A stretch of DNA of 64,000 nucleotides from Proteromonas lacertae (Eukaryota): positions 1-64,000 of the forward strand of contig NGBS01000602.1 of NCBI GenBank assembly GCA_002245135.1, read 5' to 3'. The position numbers and the translations under genes are program-made. A model generated the notes under the pieces. That model searched no databases. It was not told the DNA's origin and was given only the letters and a program-made list of their open reading frames with translations. This document shows, piece by piece, positions 63,990 through 64,000 of the stretch (position 1 is the stretch's first letter; each line of letters opens with the position of its first letter).

Positions 63990-64000
63990 TTTATAAATTT

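Overview
AT-rich protist nuclear DNA with tiny (~25-45 nt) GTAT...TAG introns and TGTTTGTT boxes after several stop codons. By inference this is the Blastocystis/Proteromonas (Opalinata) lineage. Bases 1 to ~11,523 are the right-hand part of an integrated, intron-less Polinton-like virus. It carries a packaging ATPase, major and minor capsid genes, Arg-rich core proteins with adenain-type cleavage motifs, SIM-bearing small ORFs, E2F-type sites and subterminal repeats; polymerase, integrase and protease are not visible in the window. Next come a BTB/Ig/SPRY-like pseudogene split by a TGT..ACA MITE and a decayed hAT-like element containing a CACTA-like transposase fragment. The rest is host genes: kinase-TPR, an L7Ae/RPP38-like gene, tRNA-Ala(AGC), SCC2 with a PHD insert, Sec1, MKKS/BBS6, CWC25, an STK32-like kinase, IMP3, BTB-LRR, GT61 and SR140. 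Two unusual receptors stand out: a Cache-7TM-RGS protein and a ~11.8-kb class-C-like GPCR with about nine tandem bacterial UrtA/AmiC-type binding domains. All family calls come from motif recognition by eye, not database searches.
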